Notes: generated by a model from the letters alone, not told the origin. Shown: positions 1-11,695, counted from the first letter of the stretch. The stretch is DNA of 64,000 nucleotides from a virus (IMGVR_UViG_3300037067_008519:58332-122331); one strand, 5' to 3'. Numbers and translations are program-made.

Positions 1-7
1 ATGAGTA

Positions 8-484
8 ATGGCTGTACCAGGAAAGCGGTTCATTCTAACAAATCTGGATGACCCAATAACTTATAAACAATTAATCTTTGCGCCGTATAAAAATGACGGT
101 TCCTATCTTATTCATAATCCTAAGTGGTCTATTGTTGATTACCCGATTTTGGGGGCTGCGAATCCTACATCATACGAACCCAATAACAGAGAAGAACCTA
201 TAAAATCTAAAATAAGCATCAATGGATATAGAATAGCTGTGAGGTTTCCTTTAGCTCCTGAATCTAAAAAAATAAGCTGGGATAGGATAGGCCAACCATT
301 TTATGAAGAATTAAAGAAGCGTTGTGATTCGGGCCATAGATATTTGTTAAGGGACCAAGATGGTAAGACATTGGTAGGACGTATTAAGGAATTCCAATTC
401 TCAGCTATTGTTGCTACAGTCCCTACTCTGTTTACAGGCTCATTCGTACTTGAGGGAATAGGAAATTGGGAAAGCCCTCTCTAA
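8..484 (+). CDS. phage tail protein (possible distal tail component)
   Basis: 158 aa ORF directly upstream of the baseplate-hub-like gene; call is from context only. Confidence 0.45.
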   Translation: MAVPGKRFILTNLDDPITYKQLIFAPYKNDGSYLIHNPKWSIVDYPILGAANPTSYEPNNREEPIKSKISINGYRIAVRFPLAPESKKISWDRIGQPFYEELKKRCDSGHRYLLRDQDGKTLVGRIKEFQFSAIVATVPTLFTGSFVLEGIGNWESPL

Positions 485-495
485 GGAGATAAAAG

Positions 496-3400
496 ATGTC
501 AGTTTCAAAAACGATGCGGCAGGCAACGCCAATAATCACCCATAATTTAACATATTCCAATAATGAATATACTCTACAACCTGATAATTCAGATGGGTAT
601 GTTGTTTTTGAATTATACCTACAGCGTGTAAAAGCGTGGCAAGATTTTAATTATACTGTGATTGCTGATAATATTGATACTTTTGTTTCTTATAGCACAC
701 AATCTTCACATGATGGTGTTGCTTGGGGTTATTGGAATACCGGCTTTACTTGCCCCGCCGCCAAGTATCTCCGCATTAGGTTTGATTTAAGGACTACTGA
801 TGGGGATAAGACTTCCCGCCTACAAGATTTTGTACTAACTTTTGATGATAATATAGTTATAAACGAGGAAGAAGAATGGATTAAAACTACTCAAGGTGCT
901 GCTACTGACGTGGATGCTAAGGTGGAAGTGGAATTGAAAAATCAATATTGGAGTGGGGCAACCGAATTAGACACAAGAATTAAATATCCTTTTAGCCCAA
1001 TGGATGCAAGTTCAGAAATACAGGCTTTGGATTTTTTTAAAATAGATGACGATACGATACTAGCTCTTGTTCCTTTTGATAAATACCCCAATACAACAAT
1101 AAATGGGAATTTTTATGGTTTGAAAGTGTATTCTTTTAATCCTAAAAGTGGAGCAATAAGTGGCATTAGTTCAGATGTTACCGGAATATACGGTGTTACT
1201 ATCGGTCAACCAGCTAGAATAAATAAATACAAAGGAGAGAATGGAGATTACTGGGTAACTTTTGTGTCTGGATTAAAACTTATATCAGCAAAATCTACAG
1301 GTAATTGGAATTCTTGGTCACAAACTGTTATTTATGATGCAGAATCGAGATATGATGTTTCAAACCCAACGGACATGAATCACTATCATATGTATCTTCT
1401 TACTAATGGGACAGAATGGAAATGCAGTTCTCAATTTGTGATTAATCCTACTTGGGAATCTGATGTAGGTACTGTAAGGATATTAGATTATAGTGGTTTT
1501 TATTATTTATCTAGAACAGACTATTCTCCAGGTATAAGGTTGGGAGATTTTATACAAAATGGGGATTCTGGTTGGTTTACCCTCAGTTTTGTTGGTAAGT
1601 CAATAACTCTAAAGGGGTCTGCCCGCACTACTTGTCATATTGATGCCTATAAATACAAAAATGGAGGATGGGAGTGGGCCACAAGCAACCAATATCAATA
1701 TGATGGCTCATTAGATGTTACGGTAGATTTTGGTAATTATAATACTCACATAGTTAAATTAGTAGTAACTTCTAGTGGCCTAGCACAGACTGATACACTG
1801 TCTCCCATAACGGGTACGGATTATTTTACTACTTATATTTCTGATTTGCCTTGGTGGCAATGGAATTGGGGTCTTTCAAATTGGGATTTTCAAAAAGGAA
1901 ATAATTGGCTTTATTTAGGAGCTAAACAGGATGTAATTTATAATAATGGTTGGCAGAGTGATTGGAAATTAGATGTACATAATTTACCCCATCCCTACAA
2001 TCTTTGCGGCATCTATAGAATTGAATATGATGTGGTTAGTGATGTTAGGTGGTGGGATTGGGAATTTCGTTGTTACACCGATTTTGGTTTTTGGTATTAT
2101 GATACACATGATGATCCGTGGTGTGTAGTAGATAGGAGTAGTCATCATTATAATCAATATGTACAAGCAGAATGGGATGCACCCGGTTTTATTATAGGAG
2201 ATCCCGTTTCTTTCATAGCATTTGGGTTGAGGTGGCACACTAACAATGGCATATGGACTTGTCGGCAATTGCATCCCGATTGGGAACCCGCCCATGTGAC
2301 CTTACAGAATATAAAAACTTATTTTAAACCTACACATCATTCCCCACCCTATAGATATAAATTTGAAAGTGCGGAAATAAATGCTGAATGGCAAGCCTCT
2401 TATGCCAAAAATACTGATTTGATTTTTAATGATGCATATATTTCTGTAGCTGGGGAGATGCGAAATACTGAATTTATTTCTGATGCCCTTTTAATAGGAT
2501 ATTGGGATGGGTATGGTAGTGCGGACGAAGCATTAAACAGCGCTAATCAAATTGATTTTAGTCTAGACCCTGCGCCGGGGGATATTGAAAATACTAAAAT
2601 TTGGGTAAAATGGTTTTCAACTGATGTTGACTGCTACAATTTCAGAGAATTTCCTACATGGGATGGTGAACCGGGACCAGAAAAATGTGTTGCTTGGATG
2701 ATGGTTTATGTTTATAATCCCTCAGCAGGAGACTCTTCCTATATATTGAAATATGGTGTAGATGATGGTGTAAAAATTTATTCAGTAAAACCTGACGGTA
2801 CTGTTACTTTAGAAGACACTCAAACAGGTGAGCGAGATATGCAACCAGACGAATTTCCGAATTGTGCAATAACTTTAGGGGCTGGCTGGAATAAATTGTA
2901 TTTTAAAGTTAGTAATGGTACTGGAACAGGTTGGCCTAATAGGTGGAGTATAAAGGCTAGAATAGTAGATGCAAATGATAAATTACCCGATGGGATGATA
3001 ATTAGTACAACGAAGTCAACAACAGGGGAAATTGCTTATATCTCACTTCAGTCCAAAGAAGATAAAGCCATTGGCTACGATTTTACGGAAACTACAAATT
3101 CTAATACAATAGATAAATGGTCTAGAGTTCATACAATGGGTTCTATAAAAGAGGGAACTAAAAGTGGTTATTCCTATAGTTCTCTTGAATATATTTGTCA
3201 AGATTATTATCCCCAATCTTCAGAAAAGGGAAATATAATGTATGTCCAATATGATATTAGAGCTAATATTCCTGCTGATTGGCATGTTGAAATATATATG
3301 GATGCGGTATTAAAAACAGAATATGGTAGTGGATATTATAACCTTACAGATAGATTTGAAGTATCTAGTACCGCCATTGGAGCCGGACATATCGGTTTTG

Positions 3401-5742
3401 CATTGAAATATTGGGGGGCAGGAACATCTTCTCCGGGAGACATAAGCCAATGTTATGTTGAAATTTTTAATATCAAATGTATTTATTCACAGATTCAGAC
3501 AGGTATGAAAATATACTCCTATTTATGGGTAAATTGGGGCGGGGATTGCCAAGATTGGGAAAGCCCGGCATTTAATAAAAGATATAAATTATGGGAAAGT
3601 GTCGGTTCTTATCCAGAAAGGGGCACTTTTTTAACTTTAGATAATTCTTTGTGGATGCTAGCTCAACATTGGGAAGATGGTTTAGTAAAACTTAAAATGC
3701 ATAGTTTAGATAGTACAATATTATCATCTCCTGATTACTGGTCTTCTGTGGACACAGGTTTTTACCGACCTCTGGAGGGGATTAAAAAATATTTTACTAA
3801 TTTAAATTGGGAAGCTTCTAGGTATAATCAATTTTTTATTTGTTCTGATTTTGTAAATAATCCTGACGGTAATAATTTCTCTAGAGAGAATGGTTTTTTT
3901 ACCACGCATCATCCTGAATGGATTTCTAGCCCAAAACCCGCCTTTACTAATGAAATGATTATAGCTTTTATACCTATTGGTGATAGTATGATGATGCTTT
4001 CTACCGCCGGAGACGGGTTGATTAGAAAAAGAATGTTAGGCGAATCTACCACCCGTTATGATATATCTAATTGGGTAACTGACTTTACTATAAGTAAAAC
4101 TCTTGAGGGTTCTAGCGATAATGCCTCGATAACTTTAAATAATGTTGGTGGGGAATTTAATCCTATATCAGCTAGTGGTATGTTTAGAGAAATAATCCCA
4201 GAAGCTTATTATGATAGAAAACCTCGTATATTTAATATTTATATGTCTTCTCATTCTGCTGATGAACAGCCATATTTTTCTAGAATAACAAATACAGACC
4301 CAGACCATAATTTTGATGAAAAAAGAGTATTTACTGGAGTATTGGGACAAATTGAGAATTCAGCTAGTTATGAGGATAATTCCTTACCCCTTTCCATTTA
4401 TGATTTTAGTTATCAACTAAATAAATTTAATGCACCTGAAAGCTACGTGTATGCCTCTCCCCCACAGGTTTTCTTCGATGATTTTTGTGATAGTTATGCT
4501 ATGGGTGTAAGTGATAAAGCTCTTTCTATTCGTAATTATCCAGATTCTACTATTTGGGTTGAAAGTAGTAATAATAGTGCCTTTAGCATAGACCCATATG
4601 AAAAATATATGGAGCATATTTATGATAATTATCACTATATCTGTACGAAGAACTTCCCCGGAAATTTCTCTGCTACCTTAGCCTGTTCTATTAAAATGCC
4701 CACTTTTTGTGATTTTACTCTATGGTGGTCAAGACAAGATTTTATTAGATTCTATCCTGCTAGTGGGTTTGCTGCGATATATGATTCTAACGGAGTTGAT
4801 TATGGTCATTTTGATATAAGTAATATGATTGAGAATGATTGGAATGATATTAAAATAGCTGTTGGTCCTTCCTATGTAGATTTATCTATAAGAAATACTT
4901 CTAAGGGAAGGGTATATGGTAGAGGCTATAGTGCTGGGATATATTGTTTCTTGTGGGGGCCGAGTGCCCATAGTTATCTCCGAAGCCCCAGAATTACGAA
5001 AAGCCAAACAGGATTATTTGAGAAAACCGATACTTGGATAGTTAAAGACGTACTGTATAAAGCAGCGCAACACATTATTCCCGTTAACGAAACATCCTTT
5101 ATGATTCCTGAAAACGAAGAGGACGTATTAATAGGATTTATAGTATGGCGAGAAGGTGAATCTGCTTATTCATTCTTAGACCGACTTTCTAAACGATACA
5201 ATAAGCGTTTTTACTTTGATAATCTAGGACGCATAATATGGAAGAATCAGGAATTGGATTTGGTAACTAGGACTTTGGAATCTAAGCACATAGAGAGTGT
5301 TAGACAGAGCTATTCTAATTTTGACTATGTTAATTGGATTGGGGTTTATTCGGATAATAATGGTAGTCCAATTAAGGGCAGAGCAGGCAGCGCAGAGAGT
5401 ATCATGACAGATGGGACACGATATGAATTAGTGGAGGACGGTTCATTTAAAACCCGAAAAGATGCTAATTTGAAGGCTGCTGGAGAGTATTATTCTAGAA
5501 ATGACGGGTTAGAGGTATTGTCTTGTAATTTAACTGTGCCCCTCTTTACTGTTAGGCCGGGGGATTTAATAAAAGTTAGTGATCCTGAAGTAACACGTAT
5601 AGAATCCGACTATATAATCAGGGGTACGTCCTTTTCCTATAACAATAATGACAAGAGCTGGGAGATAGGGTTAGAAATGGATTCTAGGATTAAGGCATTA
5701 AGAGAAGGCGTTGGAAAACAAATACTTGGGACGTTTATTTAG
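496..5742 (+). CDS. large tail/baseplate hub protein with inserted carbohydrate-binding (PA14-like) domains
   Basis: 1748 aa, aromatic-rich. PA14-like GVDDGVKIY...LGAGWNKLYFKV. C-terminal hub-like segments (ISNWVTDFTISKT..DNASITLNN; GESAYSFLDRLS..FYFDNLGRII; PGDLIKVSD..YII). SD AAGGAG upstream. Confidence 0.7.
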   Translation: MSVSKTMRQATPIITHNLTYSNNEYTLQPDNSDGYVVFELYLQRVKAWQDFNYTVIADNIDTFVSYSTQSSHDGVAWGYWNTGFTCPAAKYLRIRFDLRTTDGDKTSRLQDFVLTFDDNIVINEEEEWIKTTQGAATDVDAKVEVELKNQYWSGATELDTRIKYPFSPMDASSEIQALDFFKIDDDTILALVPFDKYPNTTINGNFYGLKVYSFNPKSGAISGISSDVTGIYGVTIGQPARINKYKGENGDYWVTFVSGLKLISAKSTGNWNSWSQTVIYDAESRYDVSNPTDMNHYHMYLLTNGTEWKCSSQFVINPTWESDVGTVRILDYSGFYYLSRTDYSPGIRLGDFIQNGDSGWFTLSFVGKSITLKGSARTTCHIDAYKYKNGGWEWATSNQYQYDGSLDVTVDFGNYNTHIVKLVVTSSGLAQTDTLSPITGTDYFTTYISDLPWWQWNWGLSNWDFQKGNNWLYLGAKQDVIYNNGWQSDWKLDVHNLPHPYNLCGIYRIEYDVVSDVRWWDWEFRCYTDFGFWYYDTHDDPWCVVDRSSHHYNQYVQAEWDAPGFIIGDPVSFIAFGLRWHTNNGIWTCRQLHPDWEPAHVTLQNIKTYFKPTHHSPPYRYKFESAEINAEWQASYAKNTDLIFNDAYISVAGEMRNTEFISDALLIGYWDGYGSADEALNSANQIDFSLDPAPGDIENTKIWVKWFSTDVDCYNFREFPTWDGEPGPEKCVAWMMVYVYNPSAGDSSYILKYGVDDGVKIYSVKPDGTVTLEDTQTGERDMQPDEFPNCAITLGAGWNKLYFKVSNGTGTGWPNRWSIKARIVDANDKLPDGMIISTTKSTTGEIAYISLQSKEDKAIGYDFTETTNSNTIDKWSRVHTMGSIKEGTKSGYSYSSLEYICQDYYPQSSEKGNIMYVQYDIRANIPADWHVEIYMDAVLKTEYGSGYYNLTDRFEVSSTAIGAGHIGFALKYWGAGTSSPGDISQCYVEIFNIKCIYSQIQTGMKIYSYLWVNWGGDCQDWESPAFNKRYKLWESVGSYPERGTFLTLDNSLWMLAQHWEDGLVKLKMHSLDSTILSSPDYWSSVDTGFYRPLEGIKKYFTNLNWEASRYNQFFICSDFVNNPDGNNFSRENGFFTTHHPEWISSPKPAFTNEMIIAFIPIGDSMMMLSTAGDGLIRKRMLGESTTRYDISNWVTDFTISKTLEGSSDNASITLNNVGGEFNPISASGMFREIIPEAYYDRKPRIFNIYMSSHSADEQPYFSRITNTDPDHNFDEKRVFTGVLGQIENSASYEDNSLPLSIYDFSYQLNKFNAPESYVYASPPQVFFDDFCDSYAMGVSDKALSIRNYPDSTIWVESSNNSAFSIDPYEKYMEHIYDNYHYICTKNFPGNFSATLACSIKMPTFCDFTLWWSRQDFIRFYPASGFAAIYDSNGVDYGHFDISNMIENDWNDIKIAVGPSYVDLSIRNTSKGRVYGRGYSAGIYCFLWGPSAHSYLRSPRITKSQTGLFEKTDTWIVKDVLYKAAQHIIPVNETSFMIPENEEDVLIGFIVWREGESAYSFLDRLSKRYNKRFYFDNLGRIIWKNQELDLVTRTLESKHIESVRQSYSNFDYVNWIGVYSDNNGSPIKGRAGSAESIMTDGTRYELVEDGSFKTRKDANLKAAGEYYSRNDGLEVLSCNLTVPLFTVRPGDLIKVSDPEVTRIESDYIIRGTSFSYNNNDKSWEIGLEMDSRIKALREGVGKQILGTFI

Positions 5743-5767
5743 ATGAGGCACGAAGGCGGGGATTAGC

Positions 5768-8700
5768 ATTATAGATAAAAGCGACTATAATATAATTTTA
5801 GAGATAGTACAATCCTTAATAGGAGAAAACCTAGGTAAAACTATTACTAAGGGTAGGATTTCCTCTATTGATTACTCTACGGGTACGGCTATAGTTGTTA
5901 TAAATGACCGTAGTTATACTCCTGTTACTTTAGACCCTTCTGCTGGTTATTCTCCGGGCGACCCTGTAATTATTCTGGAACCTATTATTGGCGGCGGCGG
6001 GCAAGCACAGCCTATTATAATTGGCAAAGACGAGGGCGGGGCACCCATACCTCCAGGTGGAAATGAATTAGTAATCAATGGAGATTTAAGAGACGATGCC
6101 TTTGGATGGCTAGGACAGGACGCTACAGTATCAGTCAGCACAGATTTCGCTATTAGTGGTATTTATTCATTAAAGATTATACCTGATGCTGCTTACCAAG
6201 ATTGCGGTACTTATCAAGATATTAATGTGGTTGCTACTATCCCCGGTGAATTATATAAACACGAGGCTTCTTTCTTTACTCAATCCACCAACGGGATAGA
6301 GATAGTGTTAGACGGTGAATGGTATGACAAGGATGGTAACTCGCTAACCAATGCCCCCTATAATAAGAGTAATAGAGTAATCATCACTAACAACGATTCT
6401 TGGGTTACATTAACTATGTATAATAGGTGTCCTCAGAATGCTGTATATCTTACTGTTAGGTTCTTAGCTAAGTTCTATGATGCAGAGGATATTCTTTATG
6501 TAGATAATATGTCTTTCTTTGGAAAGAGTTCTGCCATCCCCGGCGGGACGGTTACCCACCTTCATTCAAGAAACTATGATAAGACTCCTTGTTTAGATGT
6601 TATTAATCTTACTGCGGCAGCGGGAATGGAAGTAATAGTAGATAAATATAATTTCTTTATGGACCTCGACTTTGACCACATTGATACTTCAGCTTATGGC
6701 CCTAGTGGTACATGGGATAATACAGACTTTGACCACTATGAGGTTTACTATGCGCCTTCCGGTTCTGATTGGATTACATATGGTAATGTGGTAATTACCC
6801 CGCCCCAGACTTCAGGAGCCAGCATCAGTTACAAGATAAATCATTTAGGTGAGAACACTAATTACAACGTAATGGTGAAGACCTGTGACCTACAGGGGAA
6901 TAGAAGCAGTGGCGCGGCACTATACAATATCCTTAGCTCTGGAAATAAGTTTCCCCACGCACCTGAATTTGTTGATGATAAGTGTAGCTTTTTAACTGAG
7001 AATGCTGAGATATTCTGGAATCCTGTTACTACTAACGAGGATGATACTTCCTCAGCTATTGGTGGATTAAGTTCAGATACTAAAGATTATAAAATAGAAG
7101 TTGTGGTAGGTGGCACAGAAAAACGAGTCGAATATACAAATGCTACACATTATACTTACAAACTTGGTAATAACAAATCAGACAATGGCACACCTAATCC
7201 TGTGATTACTTTTAATATTTATACTAGAGATTTTGGGGATAAAATAAGTTCAGGGACTCAAAAAATATTAACTAACTATGCTCCTGATATTGTGGAAGGG
7301 CTAACTGCGGATTTTACTACTAAAGATGCTATCTTTTGGTGGAACCCCGTTATCACTGATAGTGAAGATGCTGCTCTGCTGGATTTCGATACCTATGTAT
7401 TAACAATCACTCCAAGCGGAGGAAGTCCTACTACCCTTTACACACAAGATGCCAGATACACCTATAAGTTTGAAGACAACGTAGATAATATTCCTAATGT
7501 AAACCTAAAAGTACAGGCAAGAGATAAATTTGCACAGTTAGGAACTAGTGGTAATTCTACAGCTATTAATTCTGTTCCCGATAAAGGCCCAACACCGGAA
7601 GTTCAGACGGGTTTCAAAAAAGTATTGATACACTGGACTTCTCCTGAAGAGATAGCCCAATTAGATTCAGATGAAAAAGATGTTGAGAGAATACAATTAT
7701 GGTCTAGTGGTAATTCTGATTATTCGTTATTATCTGAACAAACTAACAATTTTTTTGTGCATGATGTAGAATTAAATTCTACTCATAAATATAAGGTAAG
7801 ATTTATTGATTGTTTTGGTCAAAGTGGTTCTTTGAGTGAAGCATCAAATGAAGCTTTTACTAATGATTATATCACTTTAAGAGATATGGAAGGTTCGGCT
7901 TATCAACTAATTCCGACTTCTTCTTATGAAGATACTTATATAGGGGCAAGCGATGAAAATGATATATCTAGACTTTATGATTCCTATTCTAATTCCTATG
8001 CTTATTTTGGTTCAGGAGAACAATGGATAGAATATGAATTTCCAGTTTCCCATACTTTTAATAAAGCTGTGGTTAATTTTCCAACAGACAATATTTATAA
8101 ATATTTCTATGCTTATCGTCCTAATAGTGGTGATTCTTGGATATATGTTGCTGGTGGCGACCATAATAATTTAGTAGAATATGTTGATACTATTATTAGT
8201 GGAGAATCTTGGACAGGTAAGACATTAGCTTATCAATCTTTAATAACTGCGAGTGGCACACAAGCCGTTGATACTTTTGATTATATGAGAGATGCGCGGT
8301 ATTGGAGATTTTATTTTCCGAGCGGTGATTATGTATGGGATGAAAATAAACTATGTGAATTAAAATTTTCTACTTATGTAATAGCTGATGAAATAGATAC
8401 AGGTACGATTAATTTAGCTAAAGGTATAAATCTTTATAATAATGAAACTGGATCTGGATTTCATATGGATGAAACAGGAGCTTTTTTTGAGAATGGATAT
8501 ATCAGTGTTTTAGGTGATGGGTATACAATAATTCAGGATGGAGAGATTTGGGTTAAATCATCTGGAGCATCGAGTGAGGGCAGATTAAATGATTTTTTTG
8601 AAGATGAAGAGGGCACTACAAGAATTCGTGGTGGATATATAAAAACAGGAACTATTGATACTGAGATTCTTAGAATCATGGGCAAAGGATATTTCCAAAA

Positions 8701-10105
8701 CTATGTGAGAAACCCGTCTTTAGAGGTTCCAAATACTTTAGATACTGTACCGAGTGAATGGGAAATTATTCTTGGCAGTAGCGGATCATTTACATATGGG
8801 AATAATGCGGCTTTTGCCAAATATGGTAGACGATATGCTGAATTTAGCCCCGGTTCTGGTGGTATGCCTTGTGATTTTTATATTAGAACATCAGGTTCTT
8901 ATCCAGATGGTAAATATATCATACCTATTAATAATGATGCTCTTGAAGGTAGATATTACACTATAAGCTGTTATGCTTCTACCGATTCTAATTCTTATGC
9001 TGAGGCTTGGGTAGATGAGGTTGATCAATCAGGAAGCACTATAGCTAGTCATTATCTTTGTAGCGCTTGGGGGGCTGCTTGTTTACAAGCTATGACTCGT
9101 CATGTAGTCACATTCACTCCTAGTAGTGGATCTTCTGGAATTTTGTTTAATGCAAGACAAGACCAAAATATGTTACATTCTGGAAGTGTGAGATTTGATG
9201 CTTTTCAATTAGAAGAAGGAAATCAGGTTACAGATTTTAAAGTTACTTATGAATTGGGTACAGTAGTAATAGATTCTAGTGGTATCGTTGTTGACCATGG
9301 GCCTAATAAAGCTAGGACTATTATTAATGCTGATGGGATAACTGTTGAACGAGGAAGTATTTTTATTAATAATAGTGAAAATATTGATTTAACAGATCAA
9401 ATAAGTATTGGTGATAATTTGATATATAACCCTACTTTTAGTTTGACGAAGTTTGACGGAGATAAGAGAATACCTGAAGGTTGGAATTTATTTTCTGGAA
9501 GCTATCCCATCACTTCCCATTATTCTGTTGAAACAGGAAATCCTATTAATGAAGAAGGAATCGGTATTAGTTATTTGAAGATAAACCCCTCTGGTTCTGG
9601 TATACATAATTTTTCTTCTATGAAAATACCTGTTGAGGAAAATAGTATTTATTCATTATCTACTTATTATTATGTTCCCTCTGGTACTTCTGATTTAGAT
9701 ATGGTGTTTTATCTTTATTATTCTACAAATTCAAATAATATTAATAGTTTATATGATACTAGTTCAGATAACATGTTAATTCCTCGGGGAGATGTTTTTG
9801 AGTATTTATATGATGGGGATTATCCCGTCATTGAAAGTATCTGGCGAGAGAAACAGTGGGAAGATATTAGGATAAATAATGATGGATATCTTTATATTAT
9901 GGGAACTGTTAATCCTGATAATGACTGTGTTACTACAGATGTTAGATTTACAGGCATTCGTCTTGAGCGGGGGGATAGATGCACGAAAAGAAAACAACAA
10001 GAAATTGAGATGATTGAGAAAAAATTAAGTTTATATAAAAAGGGAATGGCTAAAAGTATGCAAGGAAAATATATAATAGAGGGCTTAGACCTTAGTATAG
10101 GGTAA
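5768..10105 (+). CDS. tail spike/central fibre: N-terminal OB-fold-like domain, CBM-like domains, FN3 repeats; start uncertain
   Basis: The frame of ORF 6227..10105 is open without stops back to 5747. The extension reads KGRISSIDYSTGTAIVVI...YSPGDPVIIL (spike OB-like) and NELVINGD (CBM start). FN3-like motifs; NYVRNPSLE and NLIYNPTF CBM starts. Confidence 0.7.
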   Translation: MIDKSDYNIILEIVQSLIGENLGKTITKGRISSIDYSTGTAIVVINDRSYTPVTLDPSAGYSPGDPVIILEPIIGGGGQAQPIIIGKDEGGAPIPPGGNELVINGDLRDDAFGWLGQDATVSVSTDFAISGIYSLKIIPDAAYQDCGTYQDINVVATIPGELYKHEASFFTQSTNGIEIVLDGEWYDKDGNSLTNAPYNKSNRVIITNNDSWVTLTMYNRCPQNAVYLTVRFLAKFYDAEDILYVDNMSFFGKSSAIPGGTVTHLHSRNYDKTPCLDVINLTAAAGMEVIVDKYNFFMDLDFDHIDTSAYGPSGTWDNTDFDHYEVYYAPSGSDWITYGNVVITPPQTSGASISYKINHLGENTNYNVMVKTCDLQGNRSSGAALYNILSSGNKFPHAPEFVDDKCSFLTENAEIFWNPVTTNEDDTSSAIGGLSSDTKDYKIEVVVGGTEKRVEYTNATHYTYKLGNNKSDNGTPNPVITFNIYTRDFGDKISSGTQKILTNYAPDIVEGLTADFTTKDAIFWWNPVITDSEDAALLDFDTYVLTITPSGGSPTTLYTQDARYTYKFEDNVDNIPNVNLKVQARDKFAQLGTSGNSTAINSVPDKGPTPEVQTGFKKVLIHWTSPEEIAQLDSDEKDVERIQLWSSGNSDYSLLSEQTNNFFVHDVELNSTHKYKVRFIDCFGQSGSLSEASNEAFTNDYITLRDMEGSAYQLIPTSSYEDTYIGASDENDISRLYDSYSNSYAYFGSGEQWIEYEFPVSHTFNKAVVNFPTDNIYKYFYAYRPNSGDSWIYVAGGDHNNLVEYVDTIISGESWTGKTLAYQSLITASGTQAVDTFDYMRDARYWRFYFPSGDYVWDENKLCELKFSTYVIADEIDTGTINLAKGINLYNNETGSGFHMDETGAFFENGYISVLGDGYTIIQDGEIWVKSSGASSEGRLNDFFEDEEGTTRIRGGYIKTGTIDTEILRIMGKGYFQNYVRNPSLEVPNTLDTVPSEWEIILGSSGSFTYGNNAAFAKYGRRYAEFSPGSGGMPCDFYIRTSGSYPDGKYIIPINNDALEGRYYTISCYASTDSNSYAEAWVDEVDQSGSTIASHYLCSAWGAACLQAMTRHVVTFTPSSGSSGILFNARQDQNMLHSGSVRFDAFQLEEGNQVTDFKVTYELGTVVIDSSGIVVDHGPNKARTIINADGITVERGSIFINNSENIDLTDQISIGDNLIYNPTFSLTKFDGDKRIPEGWNLFSGSYPITSHYSVETGNPINEEGIGISYLKINPSGSGIHNFSSMKIPVEENSIYSLSTYYYVPSGTSDLDMVFYLYYSTNSNNINSLYDTSSDNMLIPRGDVFEYLYDGDYPVIESIWREKQWEDIRINNDGYLYIMGTVNPDNDCVTTDVRFTGIRLERGDRCTKRKQQEIEMIEKKLSLYKKGMAKSMQGKYIIEGLDLSIG

Positions 10106-10111
10106 TAAATT

Positions 10112-11695
10112 ATGGCACAAATTGATTATGTAATAAGTAAAGATGCTGGAGTTAATATGTACAATCCATATACAAATTATGGTTCTGATTCTATAAATCA
10201 AATGGGATGGCAAACTAATAATAATATTTTTAGATATTTGCTATATAGTAGTTCTTTTTCTTTTACCCCGAACATAGTGGGGGTTTATTTTTATTTTAAT
10301 GTAGCGGCGACAACCGGAACTCAATATACAATATCTAGCTTATCTGCAGATTGGGGGGAAACAAGTGTTACATTTTATAATGCTCCTTTTAACTCTGATT
10401 TTTATAATGAGACATTACAACTAGTAGATGGTAGTTTATATCGTATTAGAATTAGGAACTACTTTTGGGGTTTGATAAATAACCATGGTATATGTATAGG
10501 TGAAAGAACTCAATATCATCTTCTAAATATATACAGTAAAAATTCTATTACGCCTCCGTTTATAAGATGTTACTATGCTAATAATCCAATGTTTGAGGAT
10601 GGTTCTTGTTATCAAAATGGTAATAATGTAGCAAGACTTAGGTGGACTAGTTTGTCTTCAGAAGGATATTTTAATAAATATATTATTAGAAGGGATTCTG
10701 ATGTTGGAAATATTGTTTATCAGGGAATTGGTACGGCTGTAGATACAACTCAAACAAATGGTACAACTAAAACTTACTATGCAAAGGGATATTATGTTGG
10801 GGATACCTCTGTGGAATCTTCGACGTATGACACCGTGAATGTAACGGTTATGAATATCCCTTACAATGTAAGTGTTTCAGCAGGTAATAGACAAGCTACA
10901 ATTAATTGGACAGGTTGGGCTGAAGCAGCACATTATCATGTTTATCATAGTACTACTGGTTATGGTTATTCATTAATAGCAGATAATGTAACAGGAACAT
11001 CTTATACTCATAGTAATATAGCTTCTGGAATACATTATTATGCCATAACAGCTTCTTATGCTGTAGGGGAATCTGGAAATTCTGTGCCTGTCAACTGTTC
11101 TGTTACATGTAATCCTCCCGTTAACGTAATAGTTACCGGGTATAATCGACAGTCTTTGATAAATTGGTCAGCTTGTAGCCCTCAACCACAATATTATGAA
11201 CTTTACCATTCTACCAACGATAAAGACTATTCTCTTGTATCTTCTACTATTCCTAGCAGCCAGCTTAGTTATTCTCATACAAATATAAGATCAGGAACTA
11301 GATATTATAAATTAAAGGCTAGATATTCGGATGGTGATATTTCGGGTTATTCTACTCCAAATTCAGGTATAATTGTTTGTGATGGTCCATCAGATATAGG
11401 ATTATTTACTGATTCTGATGATGATTTAGGAGTAATAAAGATAGGAAATAGTTCTACAGGGAGTTTTGAAAATCCCGGTGAATGGATAGCCCCACCTACA
11501 ACTAATCCGACTGAATACAAAATATATAGAGCCTATTCGCCATTAGGGGTGCATGATGCCCCAATAATATCTTATACAATGATAAGTACAGTCAGTTCTC
11601 CTAAAAGCTATATAGATTTAGATTTGTATGACGGAACATGGTGGTATAGAATAACAGCATTTTATGGAACAGGAGAAACGGAGGAAAGCGCATAA
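10112..11695 (+). CDS. FN3-repeat minor tail/receptor-binding protein
   Basis: Repeated P.NV.V..GNRQ..INW....Y.VYHST...Y FN3 units; located in the tail module. Confidence 0.7.
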   Translation: MAQIDYVISKDAGVNMYNPYTNYGSDSINQMGWQTNNNIFRYLLYSSSFSFTPNIVGVYFYFNVAATTGTQYTISSLSADWGETSVTFYNAPFNSDFYNETLQLVDGSLYRIRIRNYFWGLINNHGICIGERTQYHLLNIYSKNSITPPFIRCYYANNPMFEDGSCYQNGNNVARLRWTSLSSEGYFNKYIIRRDSDVGNIVYQGIGTAVDTTQTNGTTKTYYAKGYYVGDTSVESSTYDTVNVTVMNIPYNVSVSAGNRQATINWTGWAEAAHYHVYHSTTGYGYSLIADNVTGTSYTHSNIASGIHYYAITASYAVGESGNSVPVNCSVTCNPPVNVIVTGYNRQSLINWSACSPQPQYYELYHSTNDKDYSLVSSTIPSSQLSYSHTNIRSGTRYYKLKARYSDGDISGYSTPNSGIIVCDGPSDIGLFTDSDDDLGVIKIGNSSTGSFENPGEWIAPPTTNPTEYKIYRAYSPLGVHDAPIISYTMISTVSSPKSYIDLDLYDGTWWYRITAFYGTGETEESA

